A stretch of 64,000 bases of DNA from Bacteroidales bacterium (lineage in GTDB: Bacteria; Bacteroidota; Bacteroidia; Bacteroidales; VadinHA17): NCBI GenBank assembly GCA_029210565.1, contig JARGFQ010000017.1:2798-66797 (forward strand), given 5' to 3'. The notes beneath the pieces were generated by a model that had not been told where the DNA came from, searched no databases, and worked only from the letters and a program-made list of their open reading frames with translations. Every line of letters begins with the position of its first letter. Position 1 is the stretch's first letter. The position numbers and the translations under genes were made by a program. Positions 54,363-63,865 of this stretch are shown here, piece by piece.

Positions 54363-55595
54363 ATGAAGAAACTGACACTATTTGCTTTCCTGCTGCTGCT
54401 TGCCGGCGCTACCGGCGAGGTGTGGTCATGCACCACCTTTATCATGTCCGGCAAACATACTCCTGACGGAAGGCCACTGCTATACAAGAACCGGGATACC
54501 GGCACACTCGACAATGCGCTGGTATTCTTCACCGACGGCAAATACCCATATATAGGGCTCGTCGACTCCAAAGCCTCATGGAAAGAGGAGGTTTGGGGAG
54601 GATACAACTCCGCCGGCTTCGCCATCATGAACTCGGCTGCCTATAACAACAACGAGGGTGACACCACCAAACTATCCGACCGCGAGGGGGTGGTGATGAA
54701 GTTGGCACTGGCCTCCTGTGCCACGCTGGCCGATTTCGAGCAGATGCTCAGGGAGATGCCGAAGCCGCTGGGCGTGGATGCCAACTTCGGCGTCATCGAT
54801 GCAGAGGGCGGCGCCGCCTACTATGAGACCGGCAACTTCGGTTTCAAAAAGATCGATGCCAACGACCCGGTACTGGCACCATACGGACTGATCATACGCA
54901 CCAACCACTCCTTCACCGGAACTGTTGGCGAGGGAGGAGGCTATATAAGGTTTGCCGCTGCTAGTGACGTCTTCAACATGGCCCTGGCACAGAACAGGCT
55001 CGATCCGCAATACCTCCTCAACAGCCTGTCGCGCAACCTGACCCACGGCCTAACCGGCGTGAACCTTAGGGCAGAGATGCCGGCCGACGGCCACAGCCAG
55101 GCTTTTGTAAACTTTGATGACTTTATCCCACGCACCTCAACTGCCGCTGCAATAATGGTGGTGGGAGCAGCCAAAGGCGAAGACCCCTCACAGGCCATGA
55201 TGTGGACACTGATGGGATTCCCGCTTACCACCGTGGCGGTGCCGGTATGGATTACCGCCGATAAAAACCTGCCGCGCGTGCTTAGCATGAAGGAGGATAT
55301 GCACTCACCGCTATGCGACGTCGCCATGACGCTCAAGCGTGAGCTCTTCCCTATAACACGGGGATCAGGAGGTAAGTACATGAATGTGGCTCTCCTGCTT
55401 AACGAAGAGAAGACGGGCTTTCTCCAGAGGCTCGCTCCTGTGGAGGAGGAGATTTTTGCCAGAACCGCGGCACTGACCTCGTCGATACCCGAACGAAAAG
55501 GAGCGCGTGCAGAGGCAATAACAGAATTCTATCAATGGATTGACAGCTATATTGTTCAGTCCTACAATGAACTGTTTGGATTGCACATGGAATAA
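54363..55595 (+). CDS. N-terminal-nucleophile cysteine hydrolase/peptidase (C45/C69-like)
   Basis: The signal peptide ends ...GEVWS and is followed by CTTFIMSGKHTPDGRPLLYKNRDT, the Cys-first Ntn signature. Confidence 0.55.
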   Translation: MKKLTLFAFLLLLAGATGEVWSCTTFIMSGKHTPDGRPLLYKNRDTGTLDNALVFFTDGKYPYIGLVDSKASWKEEVWGGYNSAGFAIMNSAAYNNNEGDTTKLSDREGVVMKLALASCATLADFEQMLREMPKPLGVDANFGVIDAEGGAAYYETGNFGFKKIDANDPVLAPYGLIIRTNHSFTGTVGEGGGYIRFAAASDVFNMALAQNRLDPQYLLNSLSRNLTHGLTGVNLRAEMPADGHSQAFVNFDDFIPRTSTAAAIMVVGAAKGEDPSQAMMWTLMGFPLTTVAVPVWITADKNLPRVLSMKEDMHSPLCDVAMTLKRELFPITRGSGGKYMNVALLLNEEKTGFLQRLAPVEEEIFARTAALTSSIPERKGARAEAITEFYQWIDSYIVQSYNELFGLHME

Positions 55596-55760
55596 AGCCA
55601 CGCCTGATAAACCAGCCCTATAACAGAAAAACCAGCCTCCTTTGATAGAACAGTCGTATTACAGGAAAGCACAAACACCTTTGATACCGGCAGTATAAGA
55701 AGAAATCAAGTCAACCTTGACGTACTATTCGGATTGCAAGTAAAATAAAGTTACCCTGAG

Positions 55761-57776
55761 ATGAGAAAAACAGTTAAACCTGCAATGAGAACCTTCTTTC
55801 TTCTCATTGCATTTCTGATGATCAGTCACGGCTCTCTGTCGGCGATTGACGTTTACAGTGACCCGGTGACGGTGAACAAAAGGATAGAGCAGATACGGCA
55901 GAGCTCTCCGGCCCTGGTGAAGGTGCATAAGATGGCTGTCACCCCGGGAGGCAGGGAGATGCTGATGCTCGAGATAGGCAAGTCGGGCAGCACAATGCCG
56001 GCGGTGCTTGTCGCAGCCAATATGTCGGGCACCACTCCCCTGGCCACCGAGGCGGCTCTCTCGCTTGCCTCACGCATCGTGGCAGACCCGAAGATGCAGG
56101 AGGGACATACCTGGTACATACTGCCCCTGGGCAACCCTGACGCCTTCGCACGTTATTTTCAGAAGCCACTCTACCTTGACGCCGCCAACGGCACTCCCTT
56201 CAACGATGATACCGATGAGCTGACCGACGAGGACGGGTATAACGATCTTAACGGCGACGGAATCATCACGCAGATGAGGGTGAAGGCTCATGACGGCATC
56301 TGGATACCCGTCGAGGGCGAACCGCGGCTGATGCGCAAGGCTGATGCCGTCAAGGGAGAGAAGGGCATATACAAGCTTTATACAGAGGGCATTGACGACG
56401 ACGGTGACGGAAAATACAACGAGGATGCTCCCGGCGGAACGGACGTGAACATCAACTTCCCGCACCTGTTCAAGAGCTTCGGCAGACGCAGCGGTCTCTA
56501 CCCCGGATCTACGCCCGAGGCTGACGCCCTTATCAAATTTGCCTTCAAACATCCGGAGCTGGCCATGGTCGTTTCGTTCGGCAAGACCAACTTCCTCCTC
56601 TCGCCACCGCAGGGTGGCAGGCAGGGCAGCTATGACGCCGAGAACATACGCATCCCTGAAGAGATAGGAAAGCAGATGGGACTGGATGTCTCGCGCAGGT
56701 ACAAGATGAGTGAGATCATAGAGATGGTCCAGCCCATGATGCCGCCCGGCATGACTGCCGATGAGAGCATGATAGCAAGCTTCCTCGGGCTGGGCGCCGT
56801 GGTCAATCCCATGAAGGAGGACCTGGATTTCTACAATGAGATTTCTTCCAACTATAAGGAGTACCTTAAGAAAAAGGGAGTCACAGCAGAGCGTTTTGAT
56901 CCTGCACAGCCGGAAGACGGTTCGTTTGAGCTCTGGGCATACTACCATCTCGGGCTTCCTGTCTTCACCATGGACCTGTGGGATGTGCCGAAACCGAAGG
57001 AAGAGAAGAAGGACGGCAGCGGAATAACCGTGGAGGCCCTCGAGAAGATGTCATCATCCGAGTTTCTGGAGCTGGGAGAGGAGAAGATTACCGCTTTCCT
57101 GAAGGAGAGGGGTGCACCGGATCAGTACAATGCGAAGATGGCCATGACGATGGTCCGCAACGGGCAGGTGTCGCCGGCACAGATGGCCGGGATGATCAAA
57201 CAGATGCCTGCACCGAAGAGCGACAGCAAGAAGGGCGACCCGAAGGAGACGGCTCTCCTCGCCTTCCTCGACAGCCACACCCCCGGACAGGGTTTCATCG
57301 ACTGGAAACCTTTCACCCATCCCACGCTGGGAGAGGTGGAGATAGGAGGGTTTGTGCCCTTCACTGACAATACCCCTCCTGCATCCATGGCAGACTCGCT
57401 GCTTGACCTGCACCTTCCGTACCTCTCCGAGCTGGTCAGCCGCATGCCGCTGCTGCAACTGGCAGAGGTGAAGGCAACGGACAAGGGCGGCGGAGTATAC
57501 GAGATCGAAGCATGGGTGGCCAACAGCAGTTACCTTCCCTGGCCCACGGCCATGGGCAAGAGGAACAAAGCTCCCGCACCCGCCATAATCATCCTGGAGG
57601 GGGAGGATATCAAAATCCTTTCCGGATATAAGAGAACGCCGGTAAACGCCGTCGGCGGGATGAAGTCGGAGAAACATACCTGGCTGATCGTTGCACCGAA
57701 GAGAGCATCAGTAACGCTGAAGCTTGAGTCGAGCCAGGCAGGGAGAGACACAAAACGGATTAATATCGGAGGTTAG
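55761..57776 (+). CDS. M14-carboxypeptidase-like protein lacking the zinc/substrate ligands (probable pseudoenzyme)
   Basis: Colinear with the next gene, sharing TDEDGYNDLNGDG and IDDDGDGKYNED loops. At aligned positions it has NMSGTT instead of NIHGNE, DVNINF instead of DGNRNW, and SFGKTN instead of AFHNNG. Confidence 0.65.
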   Translation: MRKTVKPAMRTFFLLIAFLMISHGSLSAIDVYSDPVTVNKRIEQIRQSSPALVKVHKMAVTPGGREMLMLEIGKSGSTMPAVLVAANMSGTTPLATEAALSLASRIVADPKMQEGHTWYILPLGNPDAFARYFQKPLYLDAANGTPFNDDTDELTDEDGYNDLNGDGIITQMRVKAHDGIWIPVEGEPRLMRKADAVKGEKGIYKLYTEGIDDDGDGKYNEDAPGGTDVNINFPHLFKSFGRRSGLYPGSTPEADALIKFAFKHPELAMVVSFGKTNFLLSPPQGGRQGSYDAENIRIPEEIGKQMGLDVSRRYKMSEIIEMVQPMMPPGMTADESMIASFLGLGAVVNPMKEDLDFYNEISSNYKEYLKKKGVTAERFDPAQPEDGSFELWAYYHLGLPVFTMDLWDVPKPKEEKKDGSGITVEALEKMSSSEFLELGEEKITAFLKERGAPDQYNAKMAMTMVRNGQVSPAQMAGMIKQMPAPKSDSKKGDPKETALLAFLDSHTPGQGFIDWKPFTHPTLGEVEIGGFVPFTDNTPPASMADSLLDLHLPYLSELVSRMPLLQLAEVKATDKGGGVYEIEAWVANSSYLPWPTAMGKRNKAPAPAIIILEGEDIKILSGYKRTPVNAVGGMKSEKHTWLIVAPKRASVTLKLESSQAGRDTKRINIGG

Positions 57777-57778
57777 TC

Positions 57779-59524
57779 ATGGAAAGGAAAAGATCATTCA
57801 CAACAATAGTTCTCACGGCCCTGGCCGTGATGATGATACAGGCCCAGGAGGTGAAGGTGCCCCTGAGGTTCGATTTCTACTACAGCTATGAACAGGTGGT
57901 TGATGCTCTCAAGGCACTCAACAAGGCGTATCCTGAGCTCACCTCCCTCGACCAGGTGGGAAAGAGCGAAGAGGGAAGGATCATCTGGGCGCTGACGATC
58001 AACAATCCGAAGACCGGTGACCCGATGTCGAAGCCGGGAGTATATGCCGACGGCAACATTCACGGCAACGAGATACAGGCCGGGGAGGTCTGCCTCTATC
58101 TTGCCAACAGGCTGCTGACAAACTACGGCAAGCTGAAGGAGATAACCGAGGTGGTTGACCGTAATGCATTTTACATTATTCCGGTTGTCAACGTTGACGG
58201 CAGAGCCCATTTCTTTGAGGATGCCAACACTCCCAGCACCAACCGCGGACTGAGGATACCCATGGATGACGACCGTGACGGGCTCTTTGATGAGGACGGT
58301 CCCGATGATCTCGACGGCGACGGCAACATATCCACGATGAGGATCAGGGATACGCTGGGCAGGTACCGGAGCGACCCGGAGGATCCCAGGCTGATGGTCG
58401 CAGTGAAACCCGGTGAGAAGGGTGAATGGACCAGGCTCGGACAGGAGGGCATAGACAACGACGGTGACGGTCAGGTGAATGAGGACGGTGAGGGTTATGT
58501 CGACGGCAACCGCAACTGGGGTTTCAACTGGCAACCACCATATGTACAGCGCGGGGCAGGCAACTACCCCTTCGAGGGCACAGGCATCAGGGCCGTTGCA
58601 GAGTGGATGCTGGCCAGGCAGAACATCATTTTGGTCTTCGCCTTCCACAATAACGGAGGCATGTATCTCCGCGGACCCTCATTCAAGGCGGCCGGTGAGC
58701 TGCCCCAGGGCGACATCGCGGTCTATAATTACCTCGGTGAAAATATCGAGAAGATAGTTCCGGGCTATGAGTATCTCATAAGCTGGAAGGACCTCTATTC
58801 GACATATGGCGATTTTACCGACTTCACCAACAACCTTGTCGGATCATACTCAATGGTGGGTGAGCTGTTTCAGGCGCGGACGGAGACCTTTGACGGCTCC
58901 TTCAGGAGGAAGGAGGAGGAGGGAAGGTCACGGTTTGGCGAGGCCTCGGAATCGGAGAGACAGAGGCTTCATTTCAACGACAGGGTGACGCAGGGAGAGC
59001 TCTACAATGAATGGAAGCCCTTTAAGCATCCTCTCTATGGCGACATTGAGCTGGGCGGATGGGTGAAGATGAGTTCAAGGTTGCCTCATACCTTCATGCT
59101 GCAGGATCTTGTGCACAGAAACGCCTCGGCGGTGATATTCGCCGCCCGCAACACCCCGAGGATAACTATGGATGTGTTTGAAGTGAAGAAGCTCAGCGGC
59201 AATCTCTGGAGCGTCAGGGTGAGGCTGGTGAATGAGGGCGCGATGCCTTCGGTGACCTATGAGACACTGAAGAACAAGCTCTATCCTCCCGATGTCCTCA
59301 GTGTATCAGGACGCAATGCGAAAGTGATCGGCGGAGGCCAGCTTACCGACATATATACCGGCAAGGTTGATTACAAGGAGCATAAGCCGCAGGTGCAACT
59401 CTGCCAGGTACCCGGACTCGGCAAGATCGAGTACCAGTTCCTGGTTAGTGGCAGGGGAGACGTGGATATAAAATTCGAGTCGCGCAAAACCGGCACCGTC
59501 AGCAAGACGGTGGCTCTGAAGTAG
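57779..59524 (+). CDS. M14 family zinc carboxypeptidase
   Basis: GNIHGNEIQ (HxxE), NVDG, DGNRNW, FAFHNNGGMYL (third His). Signal peptide present. The start lies 2 nt after the upstream stop. Confidence 0.8.
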   Translation: MERKRSFTTIVLTALAVMMIQAQEVKVPLRFDFYYSYEQVVDALKALNKAYPELTSLDQVGKSEEGRIIWALTINNPKTGDPMSKPGVYADGNIHGNEIQAGEVCLYLANRLLTNYGKLKEITEVVDRNAFYIIPVVNVDGRAHFFEDANTPSTNRGLRIPMDDDRDGLFDEDGPDDLDGDGNISTMRIRDTLGRYRSDPEDPRLMVAVKPGEKGEWTRLGQEGIDNDGDGQVNEDGEGYVDGNRNWGFNWQPPYVQRGAGNYPFEGTGIRAVAEWMLARQNIILVFAFHNNGGMYLRGPSFKAAGELPQGDIAVYNYLGENIEKIVPGYEYLISWKDLYSTYGDFTDFTNNLVGSYSMVGELFQARTETFDGSFRRKEEEGRSRFGEASESERQRLHFNDRVTQGELYNEWKPFKHPLYGDIELGGWVKMSSRLPHTFMLQDLVHRNASAVIFAARNTPRITMDVFEVKKLSGNLWSVRVRLVNEGAMPSVTYETLKNKLYPPDVLSVSGRNAKVIGGGQLTDIYTGKVDYKEHKPQVQLCQVPGLGKIEYQFLVSGRGDVDIKFESRKTGTVSKTVALK

Positions 59525-59629
59525 GCAATAGGCAATAGGCAATAGGCAATAGTGTTGGCAAAATCCATGCAGAATTTGCGTATCATGCAGTAAATCAGAC
59601 TACTGCCTACTGCCTACTCCCTACTGCCT
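59522..59629. terminator. Heptamer-array hairpin between convergent genes (bidirectional terminator candidate)
   Basis: (TAGGCAA)x4 at 59522-59552 and (CTACTGC-type)x4 at 59600-59629 are near reverse complements separated by 47 nt. Each array contains the TAG stop of the adjacent gene. Confidence 0.7.
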
Positions 59630-60379
59630 GGTTTTCCTGAACCGCTCCGTGACCAGCGGTGGCCACTGAAGGTCGAGCGCCTTTAGCGTCTTCAGCACCA
59701 CAGTAGCTGTGCCATATAATTTCTGCCAGTTTTTGTCGGCCGGAACCACGGTCCACGGTATATCATTGCAGCGGTTGAGGACCTTCTCATATACCTCAAG
59801 GTACTCGTCGAACTGCTCCCTGGTGTCCCAGTCGCCATCCTTGTGCTTCCAGTGCTTTTCCTTCATTTCCACGCGCTCCATAAGCCGCTCCTTCTGTGTC
59901 TCCTTTGAGACATTGAGCCAGAACTTGAGCACCTTCGTGCCGTGGTCCTCAAGCATCTTCTCGAAGGTGTTGATGGTCTCATAACGCTTTTCGATGATAT
60001 CTTTGGGGATATATTTTCCTACCGTGGGTACCAGTATATCCTCATAGTGCGACCTGATGAACACCTGCATCACCCCCTTCGCGGGACAGACCTGGTGAAC
60101 CCTCCAGAGAAAGTCATGCGAATACTCGATATCAGTGGGCTTCTTGAAGCTGTGCACCTCTACGCCGACAGGATTGCAGTATCTGAGCAGTCCCTTCGTG
60201 ATGCCGTCCTTCCCCGAGGCATCGGTGCCCTGCAGAACCACAATCATGCTGTACTTGCCCTGGGCGTACATCTTATGCTGAAGCTCGCCTATCTCCTTCA
60301 GCATCTTCTTTGTCTTCTTCCTGATCTCGTCCTTGTCCCATTTCTCGTTAAAGGTGGGGTAATCAGATATTTTCATCAT
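59621..60379 (-). CDS. ppk2: Polyphosphate kinase 2 family (polyphosphate:nucleotide phosphotransferase)
   Basis: VVLQGTDASGKDG Walker A, FIRSHYEDILV, and the single-domain PPK2 size (252 aa). Confidence 0.9.
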   Translation of the reverse strand: MMKISDYPTFNEKWDKDEIRKKTKKMLKEIGELQHKMYAQGKYSMIVVLQGTDASGKDGITKGLLRYCNPVGVEVHSFKKPTDIEYSHDFLWRVHQVCPAKGVMQVFIRSHYEDILVPTVGKYIPKDIIEKRYETINTFEKMLEDHGTKVLKFWLNVSKETQKERLMERVEMKEKHWKHKDGDWDTREQFDEYLEVYEKVLNRCNDIPWTVVPADKNWQKLYGTATVVLKTLKALDLQWPPLVTERFRKTRQ

Positions 60380-60478
60380 AATTCGGTTTGATTAGCATTA
60401 TTGTAAAATTAAGAATTAAAAATTAACGCATCAGCAGTACTTAGATTGTGAGGCCCAGGGACTGTTGACTGCTTCCAG

Positions 60479-60545
60479 CCGCCGAAGCCTTCTTTGACAT
60501 CAGACTCCGACGGACGAAGGCCGTCATTTTAACGTAGGATGCGGC
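60479..60545. repeat. Hairpin-module repeat related (inverted, module order changed) to 33552-33613
   Basis: CCGAAGCCTTCTTTGACAT (60481-60499), GACTCCGACGGAC (60502-60514) and TTTTAACGTAGGATGCGGC (60526-60544) are reverse-complement matches to modules C, B and A at 33.5 kb. Confidence 0.6.
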
Positions 60546-60636
60546 AATGGTGGCCGCCTGAAGACTTAACCGACAGTTTTTGGAAGCGTTATGCAAAAGA
60601 TGTACATTTGCCGGACAACCAATTTAACCCCCGGAA

Positions 60637-61029
60637 ATGGCAGGACATAAGGGGCAACCCTATTACGATATCTTCCTCAGCTACGAGATGTGGCTCGAGA
60701 CTGTGAAGAAAGAGAGGATCCTCGACGGCGAGGGCTTTGCCCTGCTGCTTGACCTTGACAGGACGGGATCGCTGACAGCCTCGGCACGCAACCAGGGCAT
60801 GAGCTATCGCAAGGCCTGGGGCATACTGCACGATGTGGAGCAGCACCTCGGCTTCAGGCTGGTAGACAAGCGGCGCGGCGGAGCCTCCGGCGGCCGCACC
60901 CTCCTCTCATCTGACGGCAGACAGCTGGTGAGCGCATACAACAGCCTCCGCCATGAGACCGATATTGCCATGAAGAGCATCGCCAAAGTATTCTTCAACC
61001 GTATTAACGAGATCAACGGTTCAAGATGA
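60637..61029 (+). CDS. ModE-N-terminal-like (LysR-type HTH) molybdate/tungstate-responsive regulator
   Basis: LLLDLDRTGSLTASARNQGMSYRKAWGILHDVEQHLGFRLVDKRRGGASGG is the ModE N-domain pattern. ATGA overlap with the next gene. Confidence 0.7.
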   Translation: MAGHKGQPYYDIFLSYEMWLETVKKERILDGEGFALLLDLDRTGSLTASARNQGMSYRKAWGILHDVEQHLGFRLVDKRRGGASGGRTLLSSDGRQLVSAYNSLRHETDIAMKSIAKVFFNRINEINGSR

Positions 61030-61979
61030 AGATCATACAGTTAACTGCACTTTCGCTTATCATTGTCCTCTCCGGCTGCGGCGGCCGTAGCAACGTGCAG
61101 ACGCTTACCGTTTTTCACGCCGGCAGCCTCTCGGTGCCGGTAAGGGAGCTTAGCAAGGCTTTTGAGGAGGCCAACAGCGGTGTCAGAATTCTCTCCGAGG
61201 CAGCCGGCAGCCTCCATTCGGCAAGGAAGATCACAGAACTCGGAAGGAGCTGTGACATCATGCTCTCCGCCGATCACTATGTCGTCAGCTCGATGCTGAT
61301 ACCCCGTTATGCCTCGTGGAACATTCACTTTGCCACCAACGAGCTGGTGATAGCCTTCAGGGATGAATCTGCATATGCCTCGGTCATCAGCGCAGAGAAC
61401 TGGCCCGCGATACTCCTAAGGGATGATGTCATCATCGGGCGTAGTGACCCTGATGCTGATCCTTGCGGATACCGTACCGTCTTTGCAGCCAGGCTGGCCG
61501 AAGAGTTTTACGGCAGGCCAGGACTGGCTGACTCACTGCTGGGCAAGGATACAGAATATATAAGGCCCAAGGAGGTCGACCTGGTGGCACTGGAAGAGAC
61601 GGGAGTCATTGACTACATGTTCCAGTACAGGTCGGTTGCCATCCAGCACGGGCTCAGATTCCTCGAGCTGCCCGACGAGATCAACCTGTCGTCGCCTGCC
61701 ATGGCCGACCGATATGCCACCGTCTCCTACATGGTGCCCGACGAGTCTCCCGGGCAGCGTACAGAGGTGAGGGGCAGCTACATAAGCTACTCAGGCACCG
61801 TCACTGACAATGCCCCGCAGAAGGAGCTGGCCATGAAGTTCTTTGCCTTGATGCTCAGCGATGAGGGAGCTGCCATATTCCGGGCGGCAGGACAGGAGCC
61901 GCTCCGTCCTGCCGTAGCTGACGATCCTGAGGCTGTACCAACCCCGCTGCAAGAGTATCTCTCCCTCTCCTCAGAATGA
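61026..61979 (+). CDS. Tungstate/molybdate ABC transporter substrate-binding lipoprotein (WtpA-like)
   Basis: Lipobox LSGCGG. TVFHAGSLSVPVRELSKAFE...EAAGS...ARKI.E.G...DIMLSADH resembles WtpA-type binders. Confidence 0.65.
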   Translation: MKIIQLTALSLIIVLSGCGGRSNVQTLTVFHAGSLSVPVRELSKAFEEANSGVRILSEAAGSLHSARKITELGRSCDIMLSADHYVVSSMLIPRYASWNIHFATNELVIAFRDESAYASVISAENWPAILLRDDVIIGRSDPDADPCGYRTVFAARLAEEFYGRPGLADSLLGKDTEYIRPKEVDLVALEETGVIDYMFQYRSVAIQHGLRFLELPDEINLSSPAMADRYATVSYMVPDESPGQRTEVRGSYISYSGTVTDNAPQKELAMKFFALMLSDEGAAIFRAAGQEPLRPAVADDPEAVPTPLQEYLSLSSE

Positions 61980-61989
61980 ACCTGTAACC

Positions 61990-62799
61990 ATGAAAGGTCA
62001 TACGCTCTTCAACTGGATCTTTACGATACTTGCCTCGCTGGTGCTGCTCTTTATCATCGCACCGCTGGCAGGCATGTTCTTCGACTCGTCGTTCAGTGAG
62101 GTGCGGACCACGGCGGCTGACCCCGCCGTCCGCCGGAGCGTATGGTTCACCCTGACCATAGCCTTTGCATCCACACTCTTCTTTGCTGTCGGTGCCGTGC
62201 CGCTGGCATGGATCATGGCCAGAAAGAAGTTCCCCCTCAAGAGGGTGGTGCAGGGTGTCATCGACCTGCCCGTGGTGCTGCCCCATACCGCCGCCGGCAT
62301 AGCCCTGCTGGGCTTCATATCGCGTGAGGGAGTGCTGGGTGGAGCGGCACAGAAGGCCGGCATCATGCTGGTGAACAACGGTGCCGGCATAGCCCTCGCC
62401 ATGGCCTTCGTCAGCCTCCCCTTTCTCATCAACGCCGCCCGTGACGGTTTTGCGGCCGTGCCTGAGCGCACCGAGAAGGCAGCCCTGACGCTGGGAGCCA
62501 GCCAGACACGCATATTCTTTACTGTCTCTCTGCCCCAGGCATGGCGCTCCGTGGTATCAGGCTTCATCATGATGTTCGCCAGGGGCATGAGCGAGTTCGG
62601 GGCCGTGGTCATCATAGCCTATCATCCCATGATAGCGCCGGTGCTGATCTATGACCGGTTCAACACCTACGGTATCAGCGCGGCACGGCCGGCATCAATA
62701 ATATTCATCCTTGTGGCCCTCCTTTTCTTTGTGCTCTTCAGGGTGCTGGCAACGGAGAGGCGCGTCTTGTTCAGAAGGGAGGACGATGCTTCGGACTGA
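61990..62799 (+). CDS. ABC transporter permease (ModB/WtpB-like)
   Basis: Multi-pass, with the EAA-type loop EKAALTLGASQTRIFFTVSLP. Confidence 0.85.
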   Translation: MKGHTLFNWIFTILASLVLLFIIAPLAGMFFDSSFSEVRTTAADPAVRRSVWFTLTIAFASTLFFAVGAVPLAWIMARKKFPLKRVVQGVIDLPVVLPHTAAGIALLGFISREGVLGGAAQKAGIMLVNNGAGIALAMAFVSLPFLINAARDGFAAVPERTEKAALTLGASQTRIFFTVSLPQAWRSVVSGFIMMFARGMSEFGAVVIIAYHPMIAPVLIYDRFNTYGISAARPASIIFILVALLFFVLFRVLATERRVLFRREDDASD

Positions 62800-63859
62800 G
62801 AAACTGAGCAAACGGATTGACGCCTTCTCACTGAAGGATATCTCCATTGAGGTGGGGAAGGGTGACTATTATGTCCTGCTCGGTCGCTCCGGGGCGGGCA
62901 AGACACAGCTGCTGGAGCTGATATGCGGACTGATGAACCCCGACAGGGGAAGGATATACCTCGAAGGTGAGGATATCACCTACAAGAGGGTGCAGGATAG
63001 GGGTATAGGCATGGTCTTCCAGGATCTGAGCCTCTTTCCTCACTACTCGGTAAAGGATAACATAATGTATCCTCTCAGGGTGAGGAAGATGGATCTGAAG
63101 GAGAGGGTTGACAGGGTGCAGCGTGCCGCCGCCGGGATGAACATCACGGACCTGCTGCTGCGCCGGCCCGACACCCTTTCGGGAGGAGAGAAGCAGAGGG
63201 TGGCACTGGCCCGCACTCTGGTGACAGACCCGAAGATACTGCTCCTCGATGAGCCGATGGCCTCTGTCGATGCCAGCCTCAAGGACAGCATCAGAAGATT
63301 GTTGCGACGCCTGAACCGCAGCGGACAGACCATCATTCACGTCACGCACGACTTCGGGGAGGCGATCAGCCTCGCAAGCAGGGTGGGAGTGATACATAAC
63401 GGGAAGATAATACAGGAGGGAACGCCGCTGGATGTATTCAACCATCCGGTGAACAGGTTTGTGGCACGCTATGCGGGGATAAAGAACTTCTTCAGGGTCA
63501 CATTCATCACCTCGTACAAGAGTGCCTCGGCTATATCCGAAAAGAGGACAAGGTTCAGACTGACCCGGGGTGAGTATCCTTCATCAGGACTGCTGATCAT
63601 CGGCAGCAGCGAGGTGCTGCTTTCACGGCAGGGAGCCTCCGGGTTCGGGATCAACAACATACGCGGTGTCATCGATGACATCGTGCCTTCACCGACAGGC
63701 TTCGAGATCACAGTCAACGCCGGGGATTACTTCTATGCCGACATCACTCACCGCGAGATGGAGGAGAGCCGCTTCGTCACCGGGGAGAAGGTATATGTAT
63801 CATTTCGCCCTGAATCACTGCGGATAGTGGGCAATGGCGAAGACACCAAAGAATACTGA
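62786..63859 (+). CDS. ABC transporter ATP-binding protein (ModC/WtpC-like) with C-terminal TOBE-like domain
   Basis: GRSGAGKT, LSGGEKQRVALAR, LLLDEP, H-loop VTHD. Start taken at MLRTEKL, overlapping the permease end. Confidence 0.85.
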   Translation: MLRTEKLSKRIDAFSLKDISIEVGKGDYYVLLGRSGAGKTQLLELICGLMNPDRGRIYLEGEDITYKRVQDRGIGMVFQDLSLFPHYSVKDNIMYPLRVRKMDLKERVDRVQRAAAGMNITDLLLRRPDTLSGGEKQRVALARTLVTDPKILLLDEPMASVDASLKDSIRRLLRRLNRSGQTIIHVTHDFGEAISLASRVGVIHNGKIIQEGTPLDVFNHPVNRFVARYAGIKNFFRVTFITSYKSASAISEKRTRFRLTRGEYPSSGLLIIGSSEVLLSRQGASGFGINNIRGVIDDIVPSPTGFEITVNAGDYFYADITHREMEESRFVTGEKVYVSFRPESLRIVGNGEDTKEY

Positions 63860-63865
63860 ACAGCC

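Noticed and set aside
56070-58648. Long antisense ORFs (292 aa, 207 aa, 284 aa) across the two M14-like genes
   Set aside because: They are shadow frames of strongly motif-supported sense genes, with no independent signals.
60380-60636. Moco/tungsten-cofactor riboswitch upstream of the ModE-like/WtpABC genes
   Set aside because: I could not recognise the conserved Moco-motif elements by eye. The spacer is instead occupied by the hairpin-module repeat. A covariance-model scan would be needed to overturn this.
61998-63445. Two 205-aa antisense ORFs over the ABC permease and ATPase genes
   Set aside because: The sense frames carry the EAA loop, Walker A/B and LSGGE signatures. The antisense products are low-complexity.
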